DNA from: the human T2T-CHM13v2.0 reference genome, Homo sapiens
Direction: 5' to 3' (one strand)
Assembly: GCF_009914755.1 (NCBI RefSeq)
Contig: NC_060932.1
DNA length: 64,000 nucleotides
Each line of letters opens with the position of its first letter. The first letter of the stretch is position 1. The position numbers and the translations under genes are program-made. The notes under the pieces were generated by a model. It did no database searches and was not told where the DNA came from. It saw only the letters and a list, made by a program, of their open reading frames with translations. This document shows positions 15,981-31,161 of this stretch, one piece after another.

Positions 15981-16145
15981 CTAAAAATGGCACTTCAATA
16001 ATTTTTTCTTTCAACACATAAGGATATATCTACAAAGTAATATACATTTAAATTTAGCCTTTAAATTTTATTATACTTCCTTTTCTGAAACTTGGTTCCA
16101 CCATTTCAACTGTGTTAACTTTCTTTCCTTAGTTCACTATTCTTT

Positions 16146-16215
16146 ATTCTTTTTTTTTTTTTTTTTTAAATTTGAGATGGAGTCTTGCTCTGTCGCCCAG
16201 GCTGGAGTGCAGTGA
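16146..16215 (-). mobile_element. Severely 5'-truncated Alu
   Basis: About 45 nt of Alu 3' end plus poly(T); perfect 16-bp TSD tagttcactattcttt (16130-16145, 16216-16231). Confidence 0.92.
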
Positions 16216-16267
16216 TAGTTCACTATTCTTTCTAAAAATGTAGGTCCAGAAGAATTTAAAATAACGT

Positions 16268-16362
16268 ACTGGGAAAAGTACTCACCTTTCTAAGCTTCAG
16301 TTTCTTTATTTGGAAGACCAGGAAGTTGGATTAGATGAGCTCCCAGATTCCTTTTACCTTTA
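16268..16362 (+). mobile_element. MIR fragment
   Basis: tcacctttctaagcttcagtttctttatttg core. Confidence 0.6.
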
Positions 16363-17059
16363 GGTTACAAAGTGTCAAAAATAGAACTAATTTTTCTGGT
16401 ATATTGAATTTGGTCTTTATAAGTTATACAACATTTCCTTCTTTGTCTTTCTAAGCTTGACTTTTTAGTCCTCCTCACCACTCTTTTCTAGCTTAGAGGA
16501 ATGCCCATTTCTATTTCAGTTCCTTATGTATTTCTTATATTCATCGTAACCTTGATACCTTATTAAGAACAGGATGACTTTCGGCATGGCCCCAGGGCTA
16601 TGGTATGAAAAAAATCAGAGGGCCTTACTTGAAAGAATCAGAGTGTTAAATTTTATTTGTGGGAGGCAATGATTTTGCCAGAGGGAAGGAGTCATTCTGC
16701 CTTGGTAGTTTTTTTTTTTTTTTTTCATTCTTGCTTTTGCATCTTTACCCTTGGACCCTAGTGCCTCAACCTACAAGTCTGCTAAATTCTTCAGTGATTT
16801 TTTTTATCTCACTACATATAGCATTCTTTCAAATGCAAGGTCATGGTGTAAATCGCTTTTGATATCATGGTTGTAAAAGGAGAAGTGGCGCTTATTTCAG
16901 ATAAAACCTATTTTTAGCTTTCCATAAAAGCTTTGTTTTTTCCCACATAGTATTTGATTTTTATATCTAAGTAAAAAATAATAAAACTGGAGAAATAGAG
17001 TAACAACGCTTGTGACTATTGAAATAACAGAAATGCATGTTGGGATGATACATTAAAAG

Positions 17060-17190
17060 GGCATTTATTTCACGTCTTCATTGTCAAATAAACTTGCTGT
17101 TAAATCAGCCAGGAACACGGGTCTGCAATCTTTCTATATTACTCTGTTGCATCAATATCAACTGCTGCTTTTTCAACATACAACACTGTG
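17060..17190 (-). pseudogene. Probable dynein pseudo-exon: middle of the MTBD
   Basis: KIADP/FLADLTASLFDN ~ RLLGDMRFLQSLHEYDKDN (one frameshift). Confidence 0.45.
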
Positions 17191-17374
17191 AACTTACTAA
17201 TTTAGGCTTTTAAGTATATCTAAGTCACTGGGCCTTTAGAATACAGGAGTTTTTTTTTTAAAAAAAACAGGAAATATTAGCTGTGCATGACTCATTAACC
17301 CATTTAAATTGTAATTTGTGATCTGATGGCAAATGTAGAAGACACTTGCATATTTTCTTTTGAATCATCATCTG

Positions 17375-18590
17375 TCCCACCCTCACACCATACATAAAGA
17401 TTAAGATGGATTAAAAACCTAAATGTAAGAGCTAAAATTATAACACTCTTAGAAGAAATATATGTAAACCTTTCATGCTTTTGGATTTGTCAGTGTTTTT
17501 TGTATGATCTCAAAAGCACAAAAATAAACAAATTGGATAAATCAGGCTTAATCAAAATACAAAAACCTTTGTGCTTCAAAGAACACTATCAATAAAGTAA
17601 AAAGATAGCCACAAAGTGGGGAGAAAAATTTGTAAATCATGTATTTGATAAATGATTTTTATCTAGAATACATGAGTAATGTTTGCAGCTCAACAATAGA
17701 CAACTAATCCAACTAAAAATGTAACAGGACCTGAAATAGAAATGTCTCCAAAGAACATACACAAATACCCGTAAGCATATGAGAGATGCTAAATGTCATT
17801 TGTCATCAGAGAAATGCAAATAATATTACAGTAAGATATACTTCACATCCACTAGGATGGTTACCATAAAAAGGTGGATAATAACCAGTTTGAGTAAAGA
17901 TACTGGGAAGTCAGAACCCTTATACAATGCTTCTTTTGGGAATGGGAAAGGGTGCAGCCACTTTGGAAAACAGTCTGCTGGTTCCTCAAAAATGTGTCCA
18001 CTTACCATTTGACTAAACAATTTAATTCTTGCACATTTACTTATAAGAAATGAAAACATATGTTCATATAAAAGGTTGAACATTGCTGTTTATGGCAGTA
18101 TGATTTCTCATAGCCAAATGGCAGAAACAACCCAAATATCTACTAACAAATGGATAAACAGAGTATTTTATATCCATACAATGGAATATTATTGAGCCAT
18201 AACAGTAATGAAGTACTGATACATGAAAATATACTAAATGAAATAAGCCAGTTATAAAAGGCCATGTATTGTATATTGTGTGATCCCATTTATATGAAAC
18301 GTCCAAAATAGGCAAATCTGTAGAAGCAGAGTAGATTACTGTTTGCCAAGACATGGGGAGGGAATACGAATGTTGAAAGGTGACAGCCGAATGTTGCAGG
18401 GTTTCTGTTTGAGGTAACTGAAATGTTCTGGAATTAACTCATGGTTTGCACAAGCTAGTGAATATACTAAACACCTGTGAATTGTACCCCTCAAATGGGT
18501 ATTTGTATTACACTCAATAAGTAGTATTCATATTACATTCAAAAGTAGTATTTGTATTACACTCAATAAAACCATTACCAAAAATAATAA
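17375..18590 (+). mobile_element. L1MB 3' end
   Basis: ORF2 end and 3'UTR (ccatttatatgaaacgtccaaaataggcaaatct..gtgaatatactaaa); small duplication of gtatttgtattacactcaataa at the end. Confidence 0.9.
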
Positions 18591-19091
18591 GCATATTTTG
18601 CCTTATTTCTGTCAAAGTGAAATTCTGAATATGTTAAAAAATATTCCCATAAAAATATTTAATATGAGATATAGAGATAAATAAAATAGGCTAGAATCAG
18701 TTTGCTTAGTTACATGCCACACTGGTATAATATCTTATGCAGGATAATAAAACCATAAAGTTTTGAGTTTATCTTTTTTACCATACTCATATCTATTAGA
18801 CAAGAATCACTTTTATTCTTTTCTCAATTAAATGTCTAATTGTATAGTCTGAGCTCTAATTTAATGAAATAAAATTAATAGTACTTAGAATGATTTTGCT
18901 AGAGATGTAGATGACTCTTAAGTGGACTTGCTGAAAGGTGCTCCAGGATCACATAAAAACAGCATGTAGTCATCCTTTTACCTCAATTTTAATAAATTTT
19001 TATCAAAGCTCCTATACTGTCCCCTTCAATTTATTGGCATGCAACTTCCTCCAAGAAATGAGTTTACCAGAAGCTTACACTCCTGATGTTA

Positions 19092-19093
<2 letters not shown>

Positions 19094-19133
<40 letters not shown>
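19094..19133. repeat. (CA)n microsatellite
   Basis: Direct reading. Confidence 0.98.
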
Positions 19134-19137
<4 letters not shown>

Positions 19138-19239
19138 CGTATATGCAAATGATAGAAGGGTATGCAGAGTTTCTAGACGAATGCTGGTATTTCCTTATGG
19201 CTAGAGAATAACTCAAGTTGTTTGGAAGCACATTGTGCT

Positions 19240-20220
<981 letters not shown>

Positions 20221-20468
20221 GTTTACATTTTATTAGGCTTTTACCTAAATGAGGAAGGTAAAGGATGTAACTTTTCACATAAAATTATAAAATGCTGCTT
20301 CATATTTATATAAATGTTTCATATGTATATAAATATTTACAGTCTCAAGGTTTATTTTATGGTATACCTCATCACGATCATCTACTTTGAAAATGATTTT
20401 TTCTGACAACTAAGAATACTCTAAAGACTCAAAATTTGTTACTATGTAATGTCATTTTTCAGACTTCC

Positions 20469-20762
<294 letters not shown>

Positions 20763-22786
20763 CAGACTTTTTCACTGAAGAATTCTTTTATCAGAGAAGA
20801 AGCAGATAAAATCCAAAGGGAAAGAGAGAGTTGAGGCCAAACTTGAAAGCACCTGCAGTAATATTTGGTGTTTTATCACTATTAAATAGTTCAATATTTT
20901 CTTCAAAATTCTTAAAATTTTTGCTCCAGGAAGATATAGATGTTTAGCAGTGATTTTCAACTGTGACTTGTTCTACCTCTGAATAAATAGCTATGGTTAC
21001 CTGGAGGTATACATTCCCATGGTGGTTATATAATGGGTATATTGTTAAAGAGTCTCAACACAGTCTCAAGCTGGTTCAATTTGTTTCTGTAGTCTCACCA
21101 CCTGCCAACTAGGTCTTAAGTGTACCACTGTGACTCTTCTTGGCTTACAATAATCCTTAATCTTGGAGAGGAAAGGTGCCCACAGGAGGAAATTCAGAGG
21201 AGAAGCATGCAGCATTTTGAAACACTTATGGGCGTCACTGTTTGTGGCTGAATGCTGTGCAGTGCTGGCTGTTGCTAAATTACTCTCTTTTGTAGATAAT
21301 AATAAAGAGAATTATTTGTTCCATGAGCCACAGGAAGGAGCTCACTTGTATAAAGTTTGGGTATTTCATGAGCCCTGTCTCTATTCCTGTGGGACAGCAT
21401 AGTTCCTGAACAAGATCTCTCCTGGAGGTCATTTGCTGATTGCCTGCCATCCGTGTAATATGGATATCTCACTATTGCTCTGTTTTTGTTTCCATCTTTC
21501 TACGTGGGTATCTAATAGCCACTTCTTTTCTGGGCATTCTTGCTGTCTGTGATTTGTGGTCAAATAAATAATGAAAATTCTCATTTTCAATATTTATTTT
21601 AATGAAAATTCACAAACTGGGAGCTGGTAGAGACTCCGGTGTTTAACACCCTTGCTTTCCCCAACCCCACCCCAGGTCCAGGCTTCCCCGGGCCTGGTGA
21701 GCCACCTCTCTGTATGCAAACACATAAAAGCCATGAATGCTGGAATGCAAAACTGATGGAATTTATTTGTTTTTCAGAATAATGAAAATTCTCACTTTCA
21801 TTATTTATTTATTTGCTTTTTATCCTTTTTGAACACCCCCTTCCCCGACACCACTCCTCCCCACAGAGCTGGAGCTGAAAGAGAAGGAAAGGGAGCTCCA
21901 CGAGGAGTTTGAGCACCTGAAGCGGGTCCACCAGGAGGGAGAAGTGCAAGGTGGTGGAACACCACTAGGAACTGGAGGAGGAGACCAATGCTTTCAGCTG
22001 ACTGAAGGCCGCGGTAGAGGCATTGCAGTCGCAGGCTTTGCAGTTTCACCTTGCAGCAGCCCCTGTGGCAGGCAAGGACAAGAATCAACACATGTGCACT
22101 TACATGTCAAGAGTGGACTTTAGACTTTCATGTGTTCAGTTGCTTGAGTTACACCTTGTGACTCTTCTCTCATAACACGGTGTGAGGACAGACTGGGAGC
22201 TGGTACAGATTCCAGTGTTTAACAGCCTTGCTTTCCTCTACCCCACCCCAGGTCCAGGTTTCCCTGGGCCTGGCGGGTCACCCCCCTCTATGCAAACACA
22301 TAAAAGCCATAAATGCTGGAATGCAAAACTGATGAGGTTTCTTCTTCAGAACCAGTGTTTGTTCTCCCATTTACAGTGTCACTAGTGCTTCATGGAGGAG
22401 TTAGGTGTGAGTCTAGCAAAGACCCCAGCCCATGATACTGAGCCTAACTCCCCAATGTGGCCACAGCAGCTCATGTGGTGCCATAGGTGCAGCTGCTGGT
22501 CTAGTGGACTTGCTGCAAAATGTGTTCATAGTTACTCATTTTAATTTCCCAAACCTACCTAGAGCTCAATTTTAATAACAACTTTAAACTCTGAAACACA
22601 TCTAAATTTTTATTTAGGCATCAGTGTAAAGAGAAATAATATCCTGTCCTATTATTTTCATAAGTAACACATATTCACTGATTTTTAAAAAGTAAAAAAA
22701 ATCACTAAACTTTTCTAATGTATAAAGCATCCCTATAATAGAGAGTGAGAGGTGGGTATAAACTTCCCATAATGACAGTGTTTGGA

Positions 22787-22931
22787 TTTTTTTTCTTTAG
22801 ATAAGATCTCACTATATGCCCAAGCTGGACTGCAGTGGTGGGATGATGGCTCACTGCAACCTCCACCTCCTGGGCTCAAAGGATCCTCCCATCTCATTCA
22901 CCTAAGGAGCTGGGAACACAGGCGTGTGCAT
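22787..22931 (-). mobile_element. AluJ/FRAM monomer fragment
   Basis: cctcctgggctcaaaggatcctccca. Confidence 0.8.
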
Positions 22932-23116
22932 TTTACATTTCTTTACTGATGGAAGTAGAACATGAACAAACCCATGTCTACTGTTTTTACTATGAATGTA
23001 AATAGAATAGCAGCCCTGAAGCAGTCTGTGCCCCAGAGGTGCTACCTGTAAAAAGGGACCAATTCCATGTGTCTATGTTAAGTGCTTGACTCCAATTAAG
23101 ATGGTATGCCAAGCAG

Positions 23117-23490
<374 letters not shown>

Positions 23491-25024
23491 TCAGTGCGGA
23501 ACAGGTTGTTACTGCAAAGTCCTTGCTGCTGCTTTCCTGGCTGGGTCACAGGGTGAAGAGATGAAGGTGTCTGATGTATATGGATGATTTCAGAAAAAAT
23601 GAGCAGCAAAGGAGCTTTTCCCCTTCAGCTGCACTCTAAAGGGGAACATTTAAGGAAGCACTAGCAGCATTGATCCTCCTATGCTTCTGTTGGTTTATAA
23701 GCCTCTGAGAATGTGAACATTGAGAATATTGCCTGGTAAAATGGGGGATTAAAAATGACCAGATGAAAGGAAGGGTATCGTTTAATGTTGATGAAGCACT
23801 ATGCTGGGCCTTGGAACTACCCATAGTAATGCACCGCACTCCCGTCAAGGGGCTTGCAGTCTAGCATACTGCCTAACAGCATTAGGAAGCTGTGTTAATT
23901 GACTGCTAAATAGCTTGCTTTTCATGTCTTCTTTCTTCCTTCCCATTACCACTTCCCCCTTTCTTCCTGGCTGGCTTTATTCATTTCCAGCACCGAGTCC
24001 TGGCTTCCTTCTACCTCCCTGAGATGATGTTCTGCTCAGGGAGAGGCAGCTGGGTAAGCTGTTTGTGTCCACTGAGGCACAGCCAGGAAAACTCAGCCTT
24101 TACATGTGAGGTCCTCCACATACCAGGAGTAGGGCAGATTCTAGTGAAAATTCTCCAAGTGTTTATGCCATGGCCAGGGGTGGATCCAGATTTTGTGGGT
24201 GGAAGCCTCAACTGTTTAGAAAGATGTTTTAATAAAAAGAATATGAATATAAAACTAGGTATAGGGTCTTGGAAATGGCCCTGAAGATTAAGCTTCATTA
24301 GCTTCACAAAAAGTCCAACTCTGGTTGCATCTGAAAACTGATGCTTCAATGTGGGTATCTACAAAGGAAAACTGGCATATCTAAGGCAAATATAGGCTGC
24401 AGGTGGCTCATCTCTAGGGCATGTCTGAAAGTGTATTCAGTTGGGTCAAAGTATGACCTTTAATATGGCCTCTTTCAGCTAATGTATTTCTGAATACGAG
24501 CCATGATGACCCAGCAGGTTCACTGGCTGTACAAGAAATAAGAAATCCTGGTTTAGGGGCCAATCTGGGACTCTGCAGTGGGCAGATTTGCCACTTGTCC
24601 ACTGCAGCCTATGGGTTGCACCCCAGACACACTGGAAGGCCATAAATGTGACTGCTTGCCTGCCTGTGGGCCTAAGCCTTCCCAGCGTCTTTGGAGAGTC
24701 TTCACAGACTTGTATTTTCTAGGGTCTGAGCTGCCTTCCCAGGTGCCATTAGCTCTAGCAAGCCTCACCTCTTCCCCTGCTGTTTGTGTTTGGAATTTTG
24801 TCATCTTTAGCTGAGGACAAATTAATCCTTGGTGTACAAGGTGAGCTTAAAACTTGCCTTTGTTTAACAAGATACCCTTCATGGAATGTGACCCTGTCTG
24901 TAGGATCTCATTTACCCTTTTATTTTCCTTTGTCATTGTTTGTTGGCATTATTAGGGTTGTCTTATAGGCTCATGTGGGCATTTACCATCATGTCTTTCA
25001 TAAACCATGTTGGTTTGGGGTAGA

Positions 25025-25150
25025 AATATCACCGTATGTTTTATTGGCTAAACTGGGAGTATTGAGAAAGGGACGCTGTTAGTAATTTCACTAGGTCGAC
25101 AGGCATAAACCAGAACTGTCTCAGGCAAACCGGAATATATGGTCTCCTTA
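25025..25150. mobile_element. MER96-like hAT MITE
   Basis: caggcataaaccagaactgtctcaggcaaaccggaatatatggtc. Confidence 0.6.
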
Positions 25151-25434
25151 GTTATGGGTAATCTGGTCTAGGTGGGTTTTATAAATGTGCATACGTACTG
25201 CATATATGTTTATGTATGTATGTATGTGGGCTCCCTGTTAAGTGGGGCTCATATTACTGGATAAGAGGCCTGAGGGAAGTGTCGCTTGCTAATCTGTTAT
25301 GTTAACATGCTTTTCTAAAATTGCTTCACTTGTTAATTCATTTACTCCTTCATTCATTTATTTGTTTTTGTTCTTCTTCATTCACTATGTACTCACTTTT
25401 TTTCATTAAATTTTGCATTAAAATTTTGCATTAT

Positions 25435-28350
25435 CTGCCAGCAGTGTATGGGGTTCCCTTTCCTCCACATCCTCACCAGCATTGCTTGTCTTTTGAATAA
25501 AAGCCATTATAACTGGGGTGAAATGATATCTCATTATGTTTTCAATTAGCATTACTCTGATTATCAATGATATTGAGGACATTTTCATATTCCTCTTTGC
25601 TACTTACATGTCTTTAAAGAAATGTCTATTCAGATTTTTGTCCATTTCAAATTGGCTTATTAGGTATTTTCCTATAGAATTGTTTGATCTCCTTATATAT
25701 CCTGGTTATTAATCGTTTGTCAGATTGGTAGTTTGCAAATATTTTCTCCCATTCTGTGGGTTGCCTGTTAACTTTGTCGATTGTTTCCTTTGCTGTGTAG
25801 AAGCTTTATAACTTTATGTGATTCCATTTGTCCATTTTTGATTTGGTTACTTGAGCTTACAGGGTACTAAAGAAATCTTTGCCCAATCTGATGTGCTAGA
25901 GAGTTTTCTTAATGTTTTCTTTTAGTATTTTATAGTTGGAAGTCTTAGATTTAAGTCTGATACATTTTGATTTGACTTTTGTATATGGTGAGAGATAGGA
26001 GTCTAGTTTCTTTCTTCTGCATATGGATATCCAGTTTTCCCAGCACCATTTATTGTAGAGACTGTCCTTTCCCCAATGTATGTTCTTGGCACCTTGTCAG
26101 AAATGAGTTCACTGTAGATGTATGAGTTTGTTTCTGGAGTCTCTATTCCATTGGTCTATGGGTTTTTTATTTTAGTGCCATGCTGTTTGGTTACTATAGC
26201 TCTGTAATACAATGTGAGGTCAGGTAACGTGATTCTTCTAGTTTTGTTCTTTTTGCTCAGGATAACTTTGGCTATTCTGGGTCTTTTATGGTACCATACA
26301 AATTTTAAGACTTTTTTTTCTCCCGTGAAGACTGTCATTGGTATGGTGATAGAGATTGCATTTAATCTGTACTTCGCTTTAGGTAACAGGGGCATTTTAG
26401 CAATATTGATTCTTACAATCCATGAATATAGAATATCTTTCCATTTTTTGTGTCCTCTTCAACTTACTGCATCAGTATTTTATAGTTTTTATTGTAGAAA
26501 TCTTTCTTGTTTGGCTAATTCATAGATATTTTATTTGTAGCTGTTATAAATGGGATTGCTTTGTTGATTTCTTTTTCAAATGGTTTGCTGTTGTCATAAA
26601 GAAGTGTTGCTGATTTTTGTTTGTTGATTTTATATCCTGCAACTTCTCTGAATTTAAGTTCTAAGAGCCTTTTTGGTAGTGTCTTAAGTTTTTCTAAATA
26701 TAAGATTATTTCACTTGGAAAGAAAGATAATTTGACTTCTTCCTTTCTAACCTAGATGCCCTTTATGTCTTTCTCTTATCTGATTGCTTTAGCTAGGATT
26801 TCAGGTCCAATGTTGAATAACAGTGGTGAAAGTGGACATTCTTTCGTGTTCCAGACCTTAGAGGAAAGACTTTCAGTTTTTTCCCATTCAGTATGATATT
26901 AGTTGTGGGTCTGTTATATATGGCTTTTATTGTGATGTGGTATGTTTTTTATATACCCAAGTCTTTTAGGGTTTTTAATCACAAAAAAGTGTGGTATTTT
27001 TTCAAATGCTTTTCAACATCAATTGAAATGATCATGTTTTTTGTCCTTCTTTCTGTTGATATGATGTGTCACGTTGATTGTGTCTCTTGAACCATCCTTG
27101 CATTCCTGGCATAAATCTCACTTGGTCATGATGAATGATGTTTTCAATGTGTTGTTGAAATTTGTTTTGCTAATATTTTAAGTTCTGCATCAGTTTTCAT
27201 CAGGGATATCGATGCGTAGTTTTCTCATTTATTTATTTTGATGTGTCTTTGCTTGGTTTTGGTATCAGGGTAATATTGGCCCTGTAGGATAAATCTGGAA
27301 GCATTCCCTCCTACTCCATATTTCAAAATAGTTTGAATAGAAATGATATTAGTTCTTCTTTAAATGTTGGGTAAAATGTAGCATAGAAGCCATCAGATCC
27401 TGGGCTTTTATTTGCTGAAATACTTTTCAATAAGTCTTTAATGTCATTACTTGTTATTGTTCTATTCAGGATTTAGATTTCTTCATGATTCAATCTTGGT
27501 ATGTTACGTGTTTCTAGGAATTTATGGATTTCTCCTGGGTTTTCCACTTTATTGTTCATTATGATAGCCTCTAATGATCCTTTGAATTTCTGCAGTATGA
27601 GTTGTAATGTTTCTTTTTTCATCTCTGATTTTATTCATTTGGATCTTCTCTCTTTTTTCTCAGTCTGGCTAAATGTTTGTTGCTTACATAAATCTTTTTG
27701 AAAAACCTACTTTTAGTTTCATTGATCTTTCTTATTTCTTTATTTCAATTTCATCTATTTCTGCTCTGATCTTTTATTTCCTTTCTTCTGCTAATTTAGG
27801 ATTTCGTTTGGTCTTGTTTTTCTAGTTTTTAAAAATTCATTGGTAGGTTATTTGAGGTTTTTCTATTTTCTTGATGTAGATGCTTATAGCTGTAAGCTTT
27901 CCTCTTAGTACTGCTTTCATTGTATTCCATAGGTTTTAGTAAGTTGTGTTTCCATCAGCATTTGTTTCAACAAATTTTTAACATTCCTTAATTTCTTCAT
28001 TGACCCAGTGGATGTTCAGGAGCATATTTTTTAATTTCCATGTGTTTTAGTTTCCAAAATTCTTCTTGTTATTTATAGTTTTATTCCATTGCGGTTAGAG
28101 AAGGCATTTGATATAATTTCAATAATTTTGACTTTTTTAAAGACTTGATTTGTGGCGTAACGTATAGTCTATCCTTGGGAATGAAACATGTGGTCTGGAC
28201 AAGAATGTGTAGTCTGCAGCCATGGGATGAAATGTTCTGTAAATATGAATGAGGTCCATTTGGTCTATAGTGCAGATTCAGTCCAATGTTACTTTGTTGA
28301 TTTTCTGTCTTCATGATGTGTCCAGTTCTGAAATTAGGGTGTTGGAGTCA
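25435..28350 (-). mobile_element. L1MA/L1PB ORF2 fragment
   Basis: Antisense ORF2; translated remnant [35 protein letters not shown]; lacks a 3'UTR. Confidence 0.93.
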
Positions 28351-28429
28351 TAGTGTTGGAGTTATAGTATTTGAAAGTTTGCCATTAAGCATCCTTTTCA
28401 ATCTCTGGAAGATATGTACACACTTATAC

Positions 28430-28620
28430 CTCATTAATTCCAAACATTATTTTAGAAACAAGGGGATATAATTCTATATGGGGAGACTTAAAGAATGCTA
28501 TCCATTCAAATACTTTGCTCTCAACACTTTGTATCAGATGTTGCCATCAGGCCATGCTGGAATCATACGGTTAATTCTCAACTTGTTTCCGTCATGATTT
28601 TACTTAGAAACATCTCATGT
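28430..28620 (-). pseudogene. Dynein pseudo-exon: end of CC1 and start of microtubule-binding domain
   Basis: NRMIPAW...IQSVESKVFEWIAFFKSPHIELYPLVSKIMFGINE ~ AGALPIL...LDTLTAQDITVVKSMKSPPAGVKLVMEAICILKG; donor GAG|GTATAA. Confidence 0.7.
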
Positions 28621-28893
28621 AATAACTGAGATAGCTATGTAATTGGAAATTCGGACACTTAAGCTTTTTAAATAATAGAGAACTTTATAGTTTTTGAAAT
28701 AGTGCTTGTAAAAATCATTAGTGTTTTATAACATGAGGAAAAATCACAAACTAGAAACTGCAAGATTCAGTAAAAAAATAAAGCCCTCAAGCTATTCTCA
28801 TCAAATGGAGTCAAAAATTGTGGAGCTTTCTTGTTTTTATAAAACAATTTTGTTAAATACTAAATTTACCAAAATTTAATATTGTCATTTTAC

Positions 28894-29131
28894 AGATGGA
28901 TTGAAACAATGAAGTGAAAGTGTTAACACTGCACATTTTTACAGTCCATAATATTTTCTTGTAACTTGAGATTTGCATTTTTACTTTATCATTTCCTGAA
29001 TCTTGAAACACATCTTCTTGATAATACTACAGATTTCTCAGCTGTGTGACTATTTAAGTGAATATTATGCAGTCCAGTTTTAAGTACAGAGGTGATGCCT
29101 TTATTTAGGTAATTTATCCTAAAATTTGCAC
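28894..29131 (-). pseudogene. Dynein pseudo-exon: stalk coiled coil CC1
   Basis: Very strong acceptor TTTTTTCTGCTTTTTATCTTTAAAG; phase-1 junction gives RINYLNKGITSV ~ QMHLNVGLRKI (GLxKL motif); donor uncertain. Confidence 0.65.
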
Positions 29132-29159
29132 CTTTAAAGATAAAAAGCAGAAAAAATTG

Positions 29160-29312
29160 TTAACTATGTACATCAGACTATGCTATCAAACACTGTAATA
29201 TATTACTCCTATCTAACTGTATTTTTGTGCTTATTAACCAACCTCTCTCCATCCAACCATCCTACTATCCTTGCCAGCCTTGCTAACCGCTATTCTACTC
29301 TCTTCCTCCATT
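29160..29312 (-). mobile_element. L1M 3'UTR fragment
   Basis: cctatctaactgtatttttgt...aaccaacctctc...ctattctactctc. Confidence 0.7.
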
Positions 29313-29751
29313 ATATAACTTAAAGTATGAAATAATTAAAGCAATGCATGAGATTTAGTAACCTTTTGAATGTGTGCATATGGGTGTCCATTGTATAACA
29401 TTTTTGTTTGTAATATTTCATAATACAAATACATTTAACTTAAGAAAAAGAAAGGCCTACCCAAGAGATATCAACACTGGCATTCTTATATCTACCTGTT
29501 GTATTTCACTGTCTGTAGCTGATGTAGGCTGTCATAGTTAAGCTAGATTCAAAGTTGAGTTCTCATTGGGACAGTTTCTATCGCCGGAAAAGAAAAATAT
29601 ATAGACAACACAAACACTTAGAAATAAAATTTATCATTGATAAGGGAATATGAAAGATAGTCATTGGAATAAAGCTGAATATTTTACAGTGATGTAAATT
29701 TATTCACTTTTCTTAAGAAGGACAATAACTTAGTCACCCCACTCAGATTAC

Positions 29752-29995
29752 CTCCAGACTCTATTTGTTTGAAGCACCACGTCTGCCTTGAGGCAATATG
29801 AAAAAAAGCATGCATCAAGTTTGTAAATATTTCATAGCTACCGTTCTTCATTTCAGTATCATACAACTTTTTCCAAACTATATATTTTTTCCAAGGTGTT
29901 TTAAAAGTCTTTTTTTTTTTGAGGCTGAGGAGTGTTGAAATAAACTTTAAAGACATTTTAGTGACATTCAAGAGTAACTGTTGAAGTACTTCCTT
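29752..29995 (-). pseudogene. Dynein pseudo-exon: AAA4 lid leading into the stalk
   Basis: Acceptor TTTTCTTCGCCTAG, donor GAG|GTAATC, frame fully open (81 codons); GSYEIFTNLMHAFF ~ TSYLELISTFKLLL; phase-compatible with the next exon. Confidence 0.65.
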
Positions 29996-30819
29996 CTAGG
30001 CGAAGAAAACATAAAAGCATTTTTAGAATTCCATACATATTGAAGTCACTAGAGCATTTTAATACACATTTCTATTAAAATATAGCTGCCTATAACTGCT
30101 CTTTAATCAAATTTAGGAGTTTCTAATATAGAAGACAGCACGAACGTAAGAATCTTATGTATGAACATTTGGATCCTGATTTTGAAAAATCACTAAAATG
30201 TAATCTTATATTAATTTTTTAATATTGTCTAGAAAGTACCATTGAAATATTAGAATTATAAGATCAGTAGCTTCATTATTGAGTCACAGTAAGCAGATTA
30301 AAATTTGTCAATTGTAAAAGATGATCAGAGGAAATTTCTTGAGTTCTCTGACCAATCCGGGCAAGCACAGATGGGGCAGCCCTGAGCAGACTCCACCCTG
30401 TGGAACATCATTCTGACTTACTATGGGTGTGGCTGCTCTAGCTGTACTGGGTCCCATTGGAAGGAACCTGATCTAAAGAGATCTATCCAGGCCAGATTCT
30501 CTGTTTTTAATACCCTGTGTTAATAAAGTAAAGCAAATACAATGGTCTCTGGCATGGCTAGCTCTAGGTAAAACTGCAAAGTAGGCAAGCTGTCTTCACC
30601 TTCCTTTCTGAAATTTCTGTGCCCTTGAAGTATCCAGGACCTCACTTGGTAGCCTCATCGCCCAGCTCTCCCTTCACTGCCCTCTCCAACTTTTCATTCT
30701 TAGAAAATCTCATTGTCCCTTGCATGCCTTCCTAGAGAGCTAAGTATTAACAGGAAAATAAATAAATCAAGGCAAGAGTGGTTATTGTGTTACTCCATTT
30801 TGATAAAGAAGGCATTTAG

Positions 30820-31161
<342 letters not shown>

